From Octopus sinensis (lineage: Eukaryota), in assembly GCF_006345805.1 (NCBI RefSeq), contig NC_043010.1, positions 12,958,001-13,022,000 on the forward strand: a stretch of 64,000 nt of DNA, given 5' to 3'. A model generated the notes under the pieces. It searched no databases. It had not been told where the DNA came from and saw only the letters and a list, made by a program, of their open reading frames with translations. Position 1 is the stretch's first letter. Each line of letters starts with the position of its first letter. The translations under genes and the position numbers were made by a program. Below are positions 51,748-63,392 of the stretch, piece by piece.

Positions 51748-52313
51748 TTGGGTTGTCCGGAAAGTTCGTGCCAATTTTTAAAGGAAAGAAAAAGGTCAAT
51801 AAATACTTGCCATTACATTTTTAATCAACCAAATATGAACCATTTTGTTGCACAATGCATATCCATCTTTACTTTAACTTGAAAATACCCTCTTCCCAGA
51901 ATTGAGGTGGTTTCATGGCAAAGAATTCATCAAGGTATCTTTTTATGTCATCCAAGGAATTGAAATTTTTACCATTAAGACTATTCTGCAGAGACCTGAA
52001 TAAGTAGAAATCCGAAGGAGCAATATCTGCTGAATATGGAGGGTGAGGTAACACATCCCAGCCGAGCTGCAGCAATTTTTGTCTGGTTCCCAAAGCATCA
52101 AGTGCCGAAAATGAACTTTCTTATCTTCCATTTTAAAGGGTTACAGAATTAACACAGTTTATAGGAACATAAACCTTCTTCCATGAAAAGATAGCTTAAA
52201 CTGTGCTCTAAATGGAGGTGTAGTCAAATCCTATTTTATGGACTCAACCATGTTCTAAAATAAGTTGAAAGGTAAACTACTATAAATCGGCACAAACTTT
52301 CCGGACAACCCAA
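51748..52313 (-). mobile_element. mariner internal-deletion derivative, 566 bp, both TIRs retained
   Basis: TIRs ttgggttgtccggaaagtt(c/t)gtgcc(a/g)attt; N-terminus MEDKKVHFRHLMLW fused to C-terminus WDVLPHPPYSADIAPSDFYLFRSLQNSL. Confidence 0.92.
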
Positions 52314-53620
52314 TAGTATATGGTTTACCTTATCTCTACATAGTATAGAAGCAGATGTGTTACATAAAATTAATTTTGAGGATCGAATCAAAGACTTTGC
52401 AGTTAAAAAAGGTAGAAGAAAACTTTTCGACTATGAATAAAGTGGAAGCATACAAAAATAAACATTATTTTCCAACTTTCTGTTAGTTTTGTTTCATTTT
52501 GAAAAATTGAATATTATTTTATGGTTTATTATTGTTTATATGTTGGTGTTAGGAAGGGCATCCAACCATAGGAACCAAACCGAATCAGACTGGAGTCTGG
52601 TTGCTAGCCATGGTCGAACCATCCAATCCATGCCAGTATGGATTACAGGTGAAAATATTGAAAAAACAAAATATTTTGAATTATATATTGTTGAGGCACA
52701 AAAATTTTTTAAGTGCTTAGGGCTTCTATGGGTCTTAATCCAGCACTCATTTTAATTATTTCAAATCTTGACACACAGCCAGCAATCTTTGCCTGTTCAA
52801 GTAGTTCTCTGTTTACATCAACCCCAGTACATGACTGCTACTTTATTTTATCACCACCTGAGAGGATAAAGGACAAAGCCTTACCTGGGCAGGATTTGAA
52901 TTGTGATAAAAAGTAAGACTTAACATAAGTGAAATCTTGTCTGGGCAACTACTACATTCACTGGAATGAGTCAGTAAGTTACATGCCACATGTGGTTACA
53001 TGTTTCCAGTCGCTGATTAACTGCATTGCTGAAGGTGAGAGTGATGAGAGAAAGCCAGTGCAACTTGGGTGAAACAAATACCACTTGAAATAACGACAGG
53101 AAGAGCAAAATGATGAACGGTCAACAAATACAACTAGTGACAGATTTATCAGATAGGAGCGAGGAAATAATAAATTAAAAATGTATTATTTAATGAGAAA
53201 GCCTCTAATACGGTCGATTGACTTGCTAGAAATTTCAGCCAAATTTCCTCAGATTTTTATTATACCATATCAATAAAAAAAATGACACATTAGCCAATGT
53301 AGTTCAAGATAAAGTAAAAAAATGACAAGATTGCCGTAATTGAAATCCTTTTGATCGTAAGGTTAGCTCAACTAGAGCTAGAAAAATAACAACATCAACA
53401 ACAATTATAATTAATTAAACAACACAACATTGTTTAACAAATATTGTATAAAAAATTTTGTGAAGAATTTTTTTCAAAAAAAAAAAATAAATAAAAGCAT
53501 GTGGGAAGAATAAAATTATGTTGGTTTGCTGTGGGAAGAATCAATATTTTAACATTCCAGTCTAAGCTATGTCTTCTTCTCATGACTCACTGAAATATCT
53601 TATATTTTGACTTGTTACAG

Positions 53621-53684
53621 ACTGGATAGTCGATAGTGTAAACCACCATCAGTTTCCTTTCCAAAGTGTACAGGATTACCTTTG
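53621..53684 (+). CDS. Candidate exon (D)WIVDSVNHHQFPFQSVQDYL, weakly like a BRCT C-terminal helix
   Basis: Strong acceptor ttttgacttgttacag, single open frame, weaker donor gtgata; phase-compatible with 53010-53034 and 55322-55372. Confidence 0.2.
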
Positions 53685-53932
53685 GTGATATGTTACGATT
53701 AACTGTGCAATTGTAAACGGCCTGGTTAAATATCGTAGGTGCAGCAGGCATGGCTGAATGGCTAAGAGACTCAGTTTGCAACCATGTGAGTTTCGGGTTC
53801 AGTTCTGCTATGTGGAACTTTGGGGCAAGTGCACTCTATTTCAGCTGTGGAACAATCGGTGCTTTGTGAATGGGATTCGTTAAACTGCTTGGAAGCAGTG
53901 CATCATATATGTTTGTGTGTGCATGTGTGTAT

Positions 53933-54170
53933 GTGCAGTTATGTACCTTTGTGCATGTGTATGTGTGTGTGTGTATGTGCAGTTATGTACCTTTGTGCAT
54001 GTGTGTGTATGTGTGTATGTGCAGTTATGTACCTTTGTGCATGTGTGCGTATGTGTGTATGTGCAGTTATGTACCTTTGTGCATGTGTACGTGCAGCTAT
54101 GCACCTTTGTGCATGTGTGCGTATGTGTGTATGTGCAGTTATGTACCTTTGTGCATGTGTGTGTATGTGT
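53933..54170 (+). repeat. ~40-bp minisatellite, ~6 copies (gtgcagttatgtacctttgtgcatgtgt...)
   Basis: Direct inspection. Confidence 0.9.
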
Positions 54171-54592
54171 GTGTGGTGTGTGTGTGTGTATGTGTGTGTG
54201 TGTTCATATACTCTAGATCACTTATGATCACACTAACAAGTAGGTAATAAGCATAACTCCATGTCCCATGTAAAGCTAATGTTTCTATCACATCACATTA
54301 CATAGGCACAATATATGTGTTGTGTTGTGTGTGTGTGTGTTTATACATATATAATCTATCATCCTTTTACTTGTTTAAATTATTGGAACACATACAGATA
54401 AGTTATACAAATACTAAAACCAAGACATACACAATTAATATTCTTTGACTATTCCAAGGCAGCGAGCTGGCAGAATCATTAGCATGCCATGTGAAATACT
54501 TAGTGGTATTTGTCTGTCTTCACATTCTGGGTTCAAATTCTGCCCAAGCAGACTTTGCATTTTATCCTTCCAGAGTTAATAAAGTAAGTACC

Positions 54593-55007
54593 TATTTCTT
54601 TACTACCCGCAAGGGGCTAAACACAGAGGGGACAAACAATGACAGACAAACAGATTAAGTCGATTACATCGACCCCAGTGCGTAACTGGTACTTAATTTA
54701 TCGACCCCAAAAGGATGAAAGGCAAAGTCGACATCGGCGTAATTTGAACTCAGAAGGCAGCGGCAGACAAAATACCTATTTCTTTACTACCCGCAAGGGG
54801 CTAAACACAGAGGGGACAAACAATGACAGACAAACAGATTAAGTCGATTACATCGACCCCAGTGCGTAACTGGTACTTAATTTATCGACCCCGAAAGGAT
54901 GAAAGGCAAAATCGACGTCGGCGGAATTTGAACTCAGAACGTAACGTCAGACGAAATATTGCTAAACATTTTGCCCGGCATGCTAACGATTCTGCCAGCT
55001 CGCCGCC
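54593..55007 (-). mobile_element. SINE family C dimer inserted in an older family-C copy
   Basis: Units at 54593 and 54777; TSD aataaagtaagtacc/aataaagttagtacc. Confidence 0.88.
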
Positions 55008-56291
55008 AATAATAAAGTTAGTACCAGTTGAGTACTGGGGTTGATATAATCAACTTAGCCTGCTACTCTGAAACTGTTGGCTTTGTACTAAAATTTGAAA
55101 TCAATATTCTTTGATTATTCTGCTGCAATATTTTGAACAAGAAACTTGCAGAAAAGCTGCATGATTGTGGTATCAGAAGTGATATGCTGACCATCATATA
55201 ACATGTTTTATTCCCCCTCTTCTGTTTTATTCTGACGTGCACATTGCGTTTTTATTCTTCCCTTCCATTTTATGAATTCCCTATGCACATGCACACTGCA
55301 TGTTCATACTTCTCTTTCCAGTTCCTACCCAAACCCGTTCACAGATCATAACCATCTCATGAACCAGCATTTGTGAGGAGTGCTTCACACTCCAATGGTC
55401 GTGAAAAAATACAGAAGAAAATAATTTTTTAAAAACTGTCTTTTTTATTTGATCCACCATACCACTCTTTAAAATGCATAGCCAAGCTCCCCTTTTGAAC
55501 AACTAGCCCTACTATGAGCACAAGGCCTGAAATTTGGGGGAAGGGAACTTATCAATTACACTGACCCCAGTGTTTGACTGGTACTCATTTCATCGACCCC
55601 ATAACTCAATAGAATAAATACCAGACTGACAGAATAAATACCAGGCTTAAAAAAATTATAAGTACTAGGGTTGACTTGGTGTGTTTATGTCCCTGTAACT
55701 TAGTTGTTTGGCAAAAGAGAGAGATAAAATAATTACTAGGCTTACAAAGAATAAGTCCTGGGGTCAATTTATTTGATTAAAGGCATTGCTCCAGCATGGC
55801 CACAGTCAAAATGTAGTACTTGTTCTATCGGTCTCTTTTGCTGAACCACTAAGTTACGGGGATGCAAACTCACCAGCATCAGTTGTCAAGCAATGTTGGG
55901 GGACAAACACAGTCACACAAACATATATACACACACACATATATATATACGACGGGCTTCCTTCAGTTTCCTTCTACATATATATATACACACATACACA
56001 CACATATATATATATATATACGATGGGCTTCTTTTAGTTTCCTTCGACCAATATATATATATATATATATATATAATAATAAATCTCTGAGCGAGATATA
56101 AACAGTAACTGCTCTATAACATAAGGGGGATCAGCCATCTGAACGTGGCTAGGGTCAGGATGGGGTGGTGGGGGTGTTACTGATGCATTTAGCCCCAGGC
56201 GAACATCAACGTCACCAGAAGGGCTGACACCATCTCGGTGTCCTTGCCAGCCTGCAAAGGGAGATCAGCCTCCCCGAAGATACGGATACTA

Positions 56292-56334
56292 CACACGGAC
56301 CGGTTTCGAGGTTATTGCCTCTTGTCAACGTATG
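56292..56334 (-). ncRNA. Minimal type-I hammerhead ribozyme, U3-A8 variant, GUC cleavage site
   Basis: CAUACG-UUGACAA-GAGG(CAAUAA)CCUC-GAAA-CCGG-UC^CGUGUG; all three helices pair; predicted cut between 56298 and 56297. Confidence 0.85.
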
Positions 56335-56661
56335 GTAAGCACTGCTCTTCGTTGAGGGACTTCCCCTACAGGCTGGATATATAGGGATTTTCACAGTAAC
56401 CACAGTCACTGGCGTAGAAAATCCGTTCGAAAACAATAATAAATCTCTGAGCGAGATATAAACAGTAACTGCTCTATAACATAAGGGGGATCAGCCATCT
56501 GAACGTGGCTAGGGTCAGGGCGGGGTGGTGGGGGTGTTACTGATGCATTTAGCCCCAGGCGAACATCAACGTAACCAGAAGGGCTGACACCATCTCGGTG
56601 TCCTTGATGAAGAGCGGTGCTTACCATACGTTGACAAGAGGCAACGAAGAGCGGTGCTTAC

Positions 56662-56704
56662 CATACGTTGACAAGAGGCAATAACCTTGAAACCGGTCCG
56701 TGTG
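56662..56704 (+). ncRNA. Second hammerhead copy (stem II with G-U closing pair)
   Basis: CAUACG-UUGACAA-GAGG(CAAUAA)CCUU-GAAA-CCGG-UC^CGUGUG; predicted cut between 56698 and 56699. Confidence 0.8.
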
Positions 56705-56875
56705 TAGTATCCGTATCTTCGGGGAGGCTGATCTCCCTTTGCAGGCTAGCAAGGACACCAAGATGGTGTCAGCCCTTCTGGTGACGTTGATGTTCGCCTG
56801 GGGCTAAATGCATCAGTAACACCCCCACCACCCCGCCCTGACCCTAGCCACGTTCAGATGGCTGATCCCCTTATG

Positions 56876-56934
<59 letters not shown>

Positions 56935-57321
56935 AACACACACAATGGGCTTCTTTCAGTTTCTGTCTACCAAATCCCCTTATGAGGCTTTGATCAGTTT
57001 GAAGGTATAGTACTGCCGCTACGTTCTGAGTTCAAATTCCGCCGTGGTCAACTTTGCCTTTCATCCTTTCGGGGTCGATTAAATAAGTACCAGTTACGCA
57101 CTGGGGGTCGATACAATCGACTTAATCCGTTTTGTCTGTCCTTGTTTGTCCTCTCTGTGTTTAGCCTCTTGTGGGTAGTAAAGAAATAGGTATAGTAGAA
57201 AACACTTGCGGAAGGTACCATGCGGTGTGACTGAACCCAGAATGTTGTCGGGAAGCCACGCCTGTTGTAAAAACAAAACAAAAAAAAAACAAAAAAAAAA
57301 TAAAGAAAGGGTGTCCTTTAA

Positions 57322-57542
57322 CCCTTTAGTGTTCGCATTATTCTGCCAAAATTTATGCTTTTTCATCCACATTGTTTTGAACTAATCATGCATTATCTTG
57401 TAGTGATGAGATTTTGATGAGGAAGCTGTTAATTTCTAAAACGATATTGTGGGGTTGGTGTGAGAGACCAGATCTGGCCAGTTTGCACATAAAACAGGCA
57501 GAATACTTTTGGCCGGATATGGCCGGTTTAAATACTAAAGGG
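57322..57542 (-). mobile_element. piggyBac-like MITE, complete
   Basis: TTAA-CCCTTTAGT...ACTAAAGGG-TTAA. Confidence 0.85.
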
Positions 57543-58035
57543 TTAAATGTCTAGTCAAGCTCTTTTATTGAACTGCTAGCCCAGTTAAATAGTAGGGACC
57601 ACATTACCATTGATTTGAAACATAAGACAGAGCAAAATATGCGTATATATAAGACTCGCAACACTACAATGACATCGACGTTATAAAAGACTATGTATTA
57701 TGCTGTAACAAAAAAAGAGAGAAAAACGAAAGAGAATGATGTGTTTTTAGTTGATCCAGCTCACGAGTGTTTCGTTGTATTATATAGTCCATTTGTTTCA
57801 TTATTCAGACAACGAAAATCAGTGTCTAAACAATGAGAGCCTATCACACAAGATTTATTGCACTACGTAAAGTTCACTGCCCACATAGAAATCTTCTCCT
57901 TTCTTTCTTTCTTTCATTTCGGTTCGTTTCGTTTCCCCTCTCCTCCGTCGCCATCATTATTACAAACATGACAGCCACTGCCATCACCGCTGTCTTTCCG
58001 CCCTCCTTCCTCCGCCCTGGGCCAAAACTGATTTC

Positions 58036-58378
58036 TGTGTATGTAAGTGTATATTTGTGTCTGTGTGTGTGTGTGTGTGTACATACATCATTGTGTGTGT
58101 GTGTGTGTGTGTGTGGCAGCGTATGTGTGTCTGTCTCTCTCTCTGTGCATATTGGTATGTGTGTGTGTGTGGTGTGTGTTGTGTGTGTGTGTGTGTGTGT
58201 ATGTGTGTCTGTCTCTGTGCATATTGGTGTGTGTGTGTGTGTGTGTGTGTGGATGTGCATACATCATTGTGTGTGTGTGTGTGGGTGCATATGTGTCTGT
58301 CTCTCTCTGTGCATATTGGTGTGTGTGTGGGTGGGTGAGTATGTGTGTCTGTCTCTGTGTGTGTGTGTGTGTGTGTCA
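58036..58378. repeat. (GT)n tract with repeated ctctgtgcatattggt spacers
   Basis: Direct inspection. Confidence 0.92.
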
Positions 58379-58859
58379 CTTTTGAATTATTGACTTATTT
58401 TTCACTGTTCTATATCATGATTGATTGCTCTGTCATGGTTCAATGCAACAACAACAACAACAACAACAACATTATAAATAAAAAAAAATGGCTTTGTCAC
58501 GATCACAAGAGGAAAGTTTATTCACAATCCAGGAAAATAACAATAAAATTAACTTTTTACCTCTTCAGTATCCACATCAAAAGAAAGATTCACTGATGAT
58601 CTCCCTCCGCTCCTCCCTCCTCCCTTCCTCTCTCTTTCTCTCCTTCTTCTCCTTCTCTCTCTCTCATCTATTCCAGCAGTGTTTGCAGCCGACATGCCCA
58701 GCCAGCCAACCAGCCAGTTAAACAACCAGGCTTTTTGCCAGTAGACAGCTTGCAATCTTGTCTCTTGATCTTTTAAAACACTATACTTCAACACCATAAT
58801 TACTGACTATGAGAAGAAATCTGTTCTATTTACCATATAGCATCATAATCGTCCACCAT

Positions 58860-59207
58860 CAGCACCATCATCATCATCGTCGTCGTTGTCGTCGTAATCG
58901 TTGTTGCCCACAATCGTCGTTGTCACTGTCATTATCCTCTTGATCCTCACTGAGAGAGATCCGCCTCCTCCTCATCGTCATCATGACCATCGTCACCATC
59001 GTAACCATCATCACCATCGTCATCATCATTAGCATCATCAGCATCATCATCGTCATCATCATCACTATCCTCATTCTTGTCAATCATCATCATCATCATC
59101 ATTGTTATCAGGATCATGATCATCGTGACCATCATTTTTATTCTCATCATCACCATCATCATTATCATCATCAGCATTATCATCATCATCACCACTACCA
59201 TCATCAC

Positions 59208-59248
<41 letters not shown>

Positions 59249-59540
59249 CGTCCATCATCATCATCATATTTGTCATTCTCATCTTCCTCATCATCTTCAT
59301 CATCACCATCATTATCATCATCAGCATTATCATCCTCATCATCATCATCACCACTACCATCATCACCACCATCATCATCACCATCATCATCATCATTATC
59401 ATCATCATCACCTCCATCATCATATTCGTCATCACTCATAATCATCCTCATCATCATATTTGTCATTCTCATCTTCCTCATCATCTTCATCATCACCATC
59501 ATTATCATCATCATCATCATCACTACCATCATCACCATCA
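58860..59540. repeat. (CAT)n-based tract with higher-order duplication
   Basis: catcatatttgtcattctcatcttcctcatcatcttcatcatcaccatc occurs at ~59263 and ~59453. Confidence 0.93.
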
Positions 59541-60807
59541 AATTATTGTATTATTTCAATGTTGGTTCCTATTGCTATATATCAATTTACATGTTGATCT
59601 TCCATATCTTTTGCACAATTCCGCTTGAGGTTTGGCCATATCGTTACACGTAGCTTGTCTCCTATCCTCAGTCACTGTAACAGCACACACACCAAGTGTA
59701 TTTATTTTGACGATAAGCATGAGAGTTCTCTTGGATAGAGGTTTTGGGGTCATAGGGGTTACTCAGTGTTAGCTCAAGTACCCATGTCAGAAAATTTGAG
59801 CTTAACCCTTTGAACATGGAAAGCAGATATGGTTATAGTTAGTCCACATTACTCCATAAGGAGCACAGGGCTGTCTTCTTGGTTTCTCAGACATATATAT
59901 TCCTCCCGAGATGGGATGCTGATCCATTGTAGAGTTACTCATTTTTACCAGTTGAGTGAACTCAAGGAATGTGAACACAAGGCATTGCTCAGTCCAGGAA
60001 TCAAAACCACAGTCTTATGATCATGATTACAACTCCCTAACCACAAAGCCATGACCCTAGAAAGCAAATATATTCACTCAATATTTTATTACCATTAACG
60101 GCAGCAAACTGGCAGAATTGTTAGCATTTAAGGCGGCGAGCTAGCAGAAACATTAGCACACCAGGTGAAATGCTTAGCAGTATTTCGCCTGCTGTCATGT
60201 TCTGAGTTCAAATTCTGCCAAGGTCGACTTTGTCTTTCATCCTTTCAGGATCGATAAATTAAGTACCAGTTATGCACTGAGGTCGATGTAATTGACTTAA
60301 TCCGATTATCTGTACTTGTTTGTCCCCTCTATGTTTAGCCCCTTGTGGGCAATATAGAAATAAGAATTGTTAGCATGCCGGACAAAATGCTTAGTGGCAT
60401 TTCGTCCATCTTCACGTTCTGAGTTCAAATTCCTCTGGGGTCAACTTTGCTTTTCGTCCTTATGGGGTCAATAAAATAACCACCAGTCAAGTTCTGGGAG
60501 TCAATGTAATCAATTTCACTCCTTCCCGGGAACTGCTGGCATTGTGCCAAAAATGTGAAATCAATATTTTATTACTATTGACTGCAGTAAGTAGTTTTGC
60601 TTCACAACTTAGCGAAAAACCTCTCCTTATGTTACGAAAAGTGAAAACACTCCCAGAGACACCTTTTGCAACAGAATTTTTCAGATTTTCTAAAAATTTT
60701 TTATCAAATATCTCTTTACACAGCAACAAGCAAATACTTTTAGTGGTGGATATGAAAACCATAACTATAGGAGACACTGAAAATGTATTGCAGAAGCAGA
60801 AAATATT

Positions 60808-61020
60808 GGTTTCAAATTTTGGCACAAGACCAGCAATTTCAAGGGAGCAAGTAGATCAATTTACATCAACCCCAGTACTCAACTGGTACTTATTTTATCA
60901 ACACTGAAAAAATAAAAGGCAAAGTCGACTTTGACAGAGTTTGAACTCAGAACAAAAACAGACAAGATGCTGTGAAGCATTTTGCATGGCACAGTAACAA
61001 TTCTGCTAGCTTGCTGCCTT
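60808..61020 (-). mobile_element. SINE family C with alternative tail C2
   Basis: Same head/core as C1 but tail ..gctggtcttgtgccaaaatttgaaacc; 16-bp TSD agaagcagaaaatatt. Confidence 0.85.
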
Positions 61021-61037
61021 AGAAGCAGAAAATATTA

Positions 61038-61264
61038 CTCTTTACTCTTTACTCTTTTACTTCTTTCAGTCATTTGACTGCGGCCATGCTGGAGCACCGC
61101 CTTTAGTCGAGCAAATCGACCCCGGGACTTATTCTTTGTAAGCCCAGTACTTATTCTATCGGTCTCTTTTGCCGAACCGCTAAGTGACGGGGACGTAAAC
61201 ACACCAGAATCGGTTGTCAAGCAATGCTAGGGGGACAAACACAAACACACAAACACACACACAT

Positions 61265-61301
<37 letters not shown>

Positions 61302-61467
61302 CGACAGGCTTCTTTCAGTTTCCGTCTACTAAATCCACTCACAAGGCATTGGTCGGCCCGAGGCTATAGCAGAAGACACTTGCCCAAGGTGCCATGCAGT
61401 GGGACATAACCCGGAACCATGTGGTTGGTTAGCAAGCTACTTACCACACAGCCACTCCTGTGCCTAT
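61038..61467 (-). mobile_element. SINE family A, full length
   Basis: Family A motifs. Confidence 0.9.
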
Positions 61468-61724
61468 TAGTTGTATTTTTTGATGGATCATCAACATCAT
61501 TAGAATGATGATGAAATTAGAATGACCATGAAATTCAAGCATGCAGTCAAAGAGTTAAGCTTTATTTTCTACAATTCCAACCTATAAAGAGACAGCAATG
61601 CTTTTTTACCCACCAAAAAATGACTGAAAATTGTTTTCCTTTTATCCTTACATGAAAACTTAAACTAAGCATTAGAGCTAATAAAGAAGAAGCTTAAATT
61701 GTTTTCTAAGAAGTATAAGTGACC

Positions 61725-62140
61725 TATTTCTTTACTACCCACAAGGGGCTAAACACAGAGAGGACAAACACGGAGAGACAAACGGATTAAGTCGGTTATA
61801 TCGACTCCAGCGCGTAACTGGTACTTAATTTATCGACCCCCGAAAGGATGAAAGGCAAAGTCGACCTCGGCGGAATTTGAACTCAGAACGTAGCGGCAGA
61901 CGAAATACCTATTTCTTTACTACCCACAAGGGGCTAAACAGAGAGGACAAACACAGAGAGATAAACGGATTAAGTCAGTTATATCGACCACAGTGCGCAA
62001 CTGGTACTTATTTAATCGACCCCGAAAGGATGAAAGGCAAAGTCGACCTCTGCGGAATTCGAACTCAGAACATAACAGCAGACGAAATATGGCTACGCAT
62101 TTCGCCTAGTGTGCTAATGATTCTGCCAGCTCGCTGCCCT
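61725..62140 (-). mobile_element. SINE family C dimer
   Basis: Units at 61725 and 61910; 19-bp TSD ctaagaagtataagtgacc. Confidence 0.9.
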
Positions 62141-62882
62141 CTAAGAAGTATAAGTGACCGATACTACAACACACACCTGTGAATGGTATGCCAGCCAGTC
62201 ACAGGGTTAAGTTCCTAGCCATTGCTGGAACTCATTTACGACTGAGTAGACTGGAACAATATGAAATAAATGATCATGTTCATGGAATTGAAATCAGGAT
62301 TTTATAATTGGGAATGGAATGCAACACATTAACCGCTAGGTAAAGGTGAGGTAAAGGTGTGGTGAAGGTTACCTTCTCGAGTTATGCTGACTCATAAGGG
62401 CCAGTTTCTCAGTTTCCATGGCAGATAAATTCTCCACCTTCATGGGACACCCTAACCCTAACCCTAATTATTAATTTTTGCCAGCTGAGTGGACTGGAGC
62501 AATGTGAAATGAAGTGCTTTGCTCAAGAACACAATGTGTCACCCAGGCAAGGAATTGAAACCACAACCACATAATCATGAATCCAACACCCTAACCACTA
62601 AGCCAAGTGCTTCTACATTAGCCACTAGATCATGCACCTAACAAGAAGAAAAAAATTATCTTGTAACTGGTTTCAAATTTTGGCACAAGGCCAGCAAGTT
62701 CAAGGAAGCAGGTCAGTTGATTACATGAACCCCCAGTACTCAACTGGTACTTATTTTATCAATCTTGAGAGGATGAAAGGCAAAGTTGACCTAGGTAGAA
62801 TTTGAACTCAGAACATAAAGACAAACGAAATGCCACTAAGCATTAGGGCCAGAGCGCTAATGATTCTGCCAGCTCACTGCCT

Positions 62883-63091
62883 TACTCTTTTACTCGTTCC
62901 AGTCATTTGACTGTGGCCATGCTGGAGCACCACCTTTAGTCGAGCAATTCGACCCCAGGACTTATTCTTTGTAAACCTAGTACTTATTCTATCGGTCTCT
63001 TTTGCAGAACCACTAAGTTACATAAACACACCAGCATCGGTTGTCAAGCAATGTTGGGGGGACAAACACAGACACACAAACATATATACAC

Positions 63092-63138
<47 letters not shown>

Positions 63139-63392
63139 ATTAATACAAACATGAAAACACAAACAGATAACACAACGCGAGGACGTGGAACAAATATAGT
63201 GTTATTGGACGCTCAGGAAAGGAAAGAAAGAAGGATGGGCTTCTTTCAGTTTCCGTCAACCAAATCCACTCACAAGGCTTTGGTGAGCCTGAGGCTATAG
63301 TAGAAGACACTTGCCCAAGGTGCCATGCAGTAGGACTGAACCCGGAACCATGTGGTTCCCAAGAAAGCTATTTACCACACAGCCACTCCTAT
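62883..63392 (-). mobile_element. SINE family A with ~100-bp insert after its microsatellite
   Basis: Family A tail and head separated by unrelated sequence at ~63140-63236. Confidence 0.8.

Larger units (their letters stand above)
56075..56880. mobile_element. Hammerhead-containing 360-bp repeat element (retrozyme or Penelope pLTR-like), tandem plus inverted
   Basis: Unit 56075-56434, partial repeat 56435-56606, inverted truncated copy 56609-56880 with a 37-nt duplication; both outer ends run into (TA)n. Confidence 0.85.

Noticed and set aside
60487-60907. Overlapping ORFs on both strands with protein-like composition
   Set aside because: Both ends lie in SINE relics, no motif is recognised, and only ~220 bp is unique sequence
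62451-62467. Telomeric (TTAGGG)3
   Set aside because: Only three units within a SINE relic; too short to call an interstitial telomere
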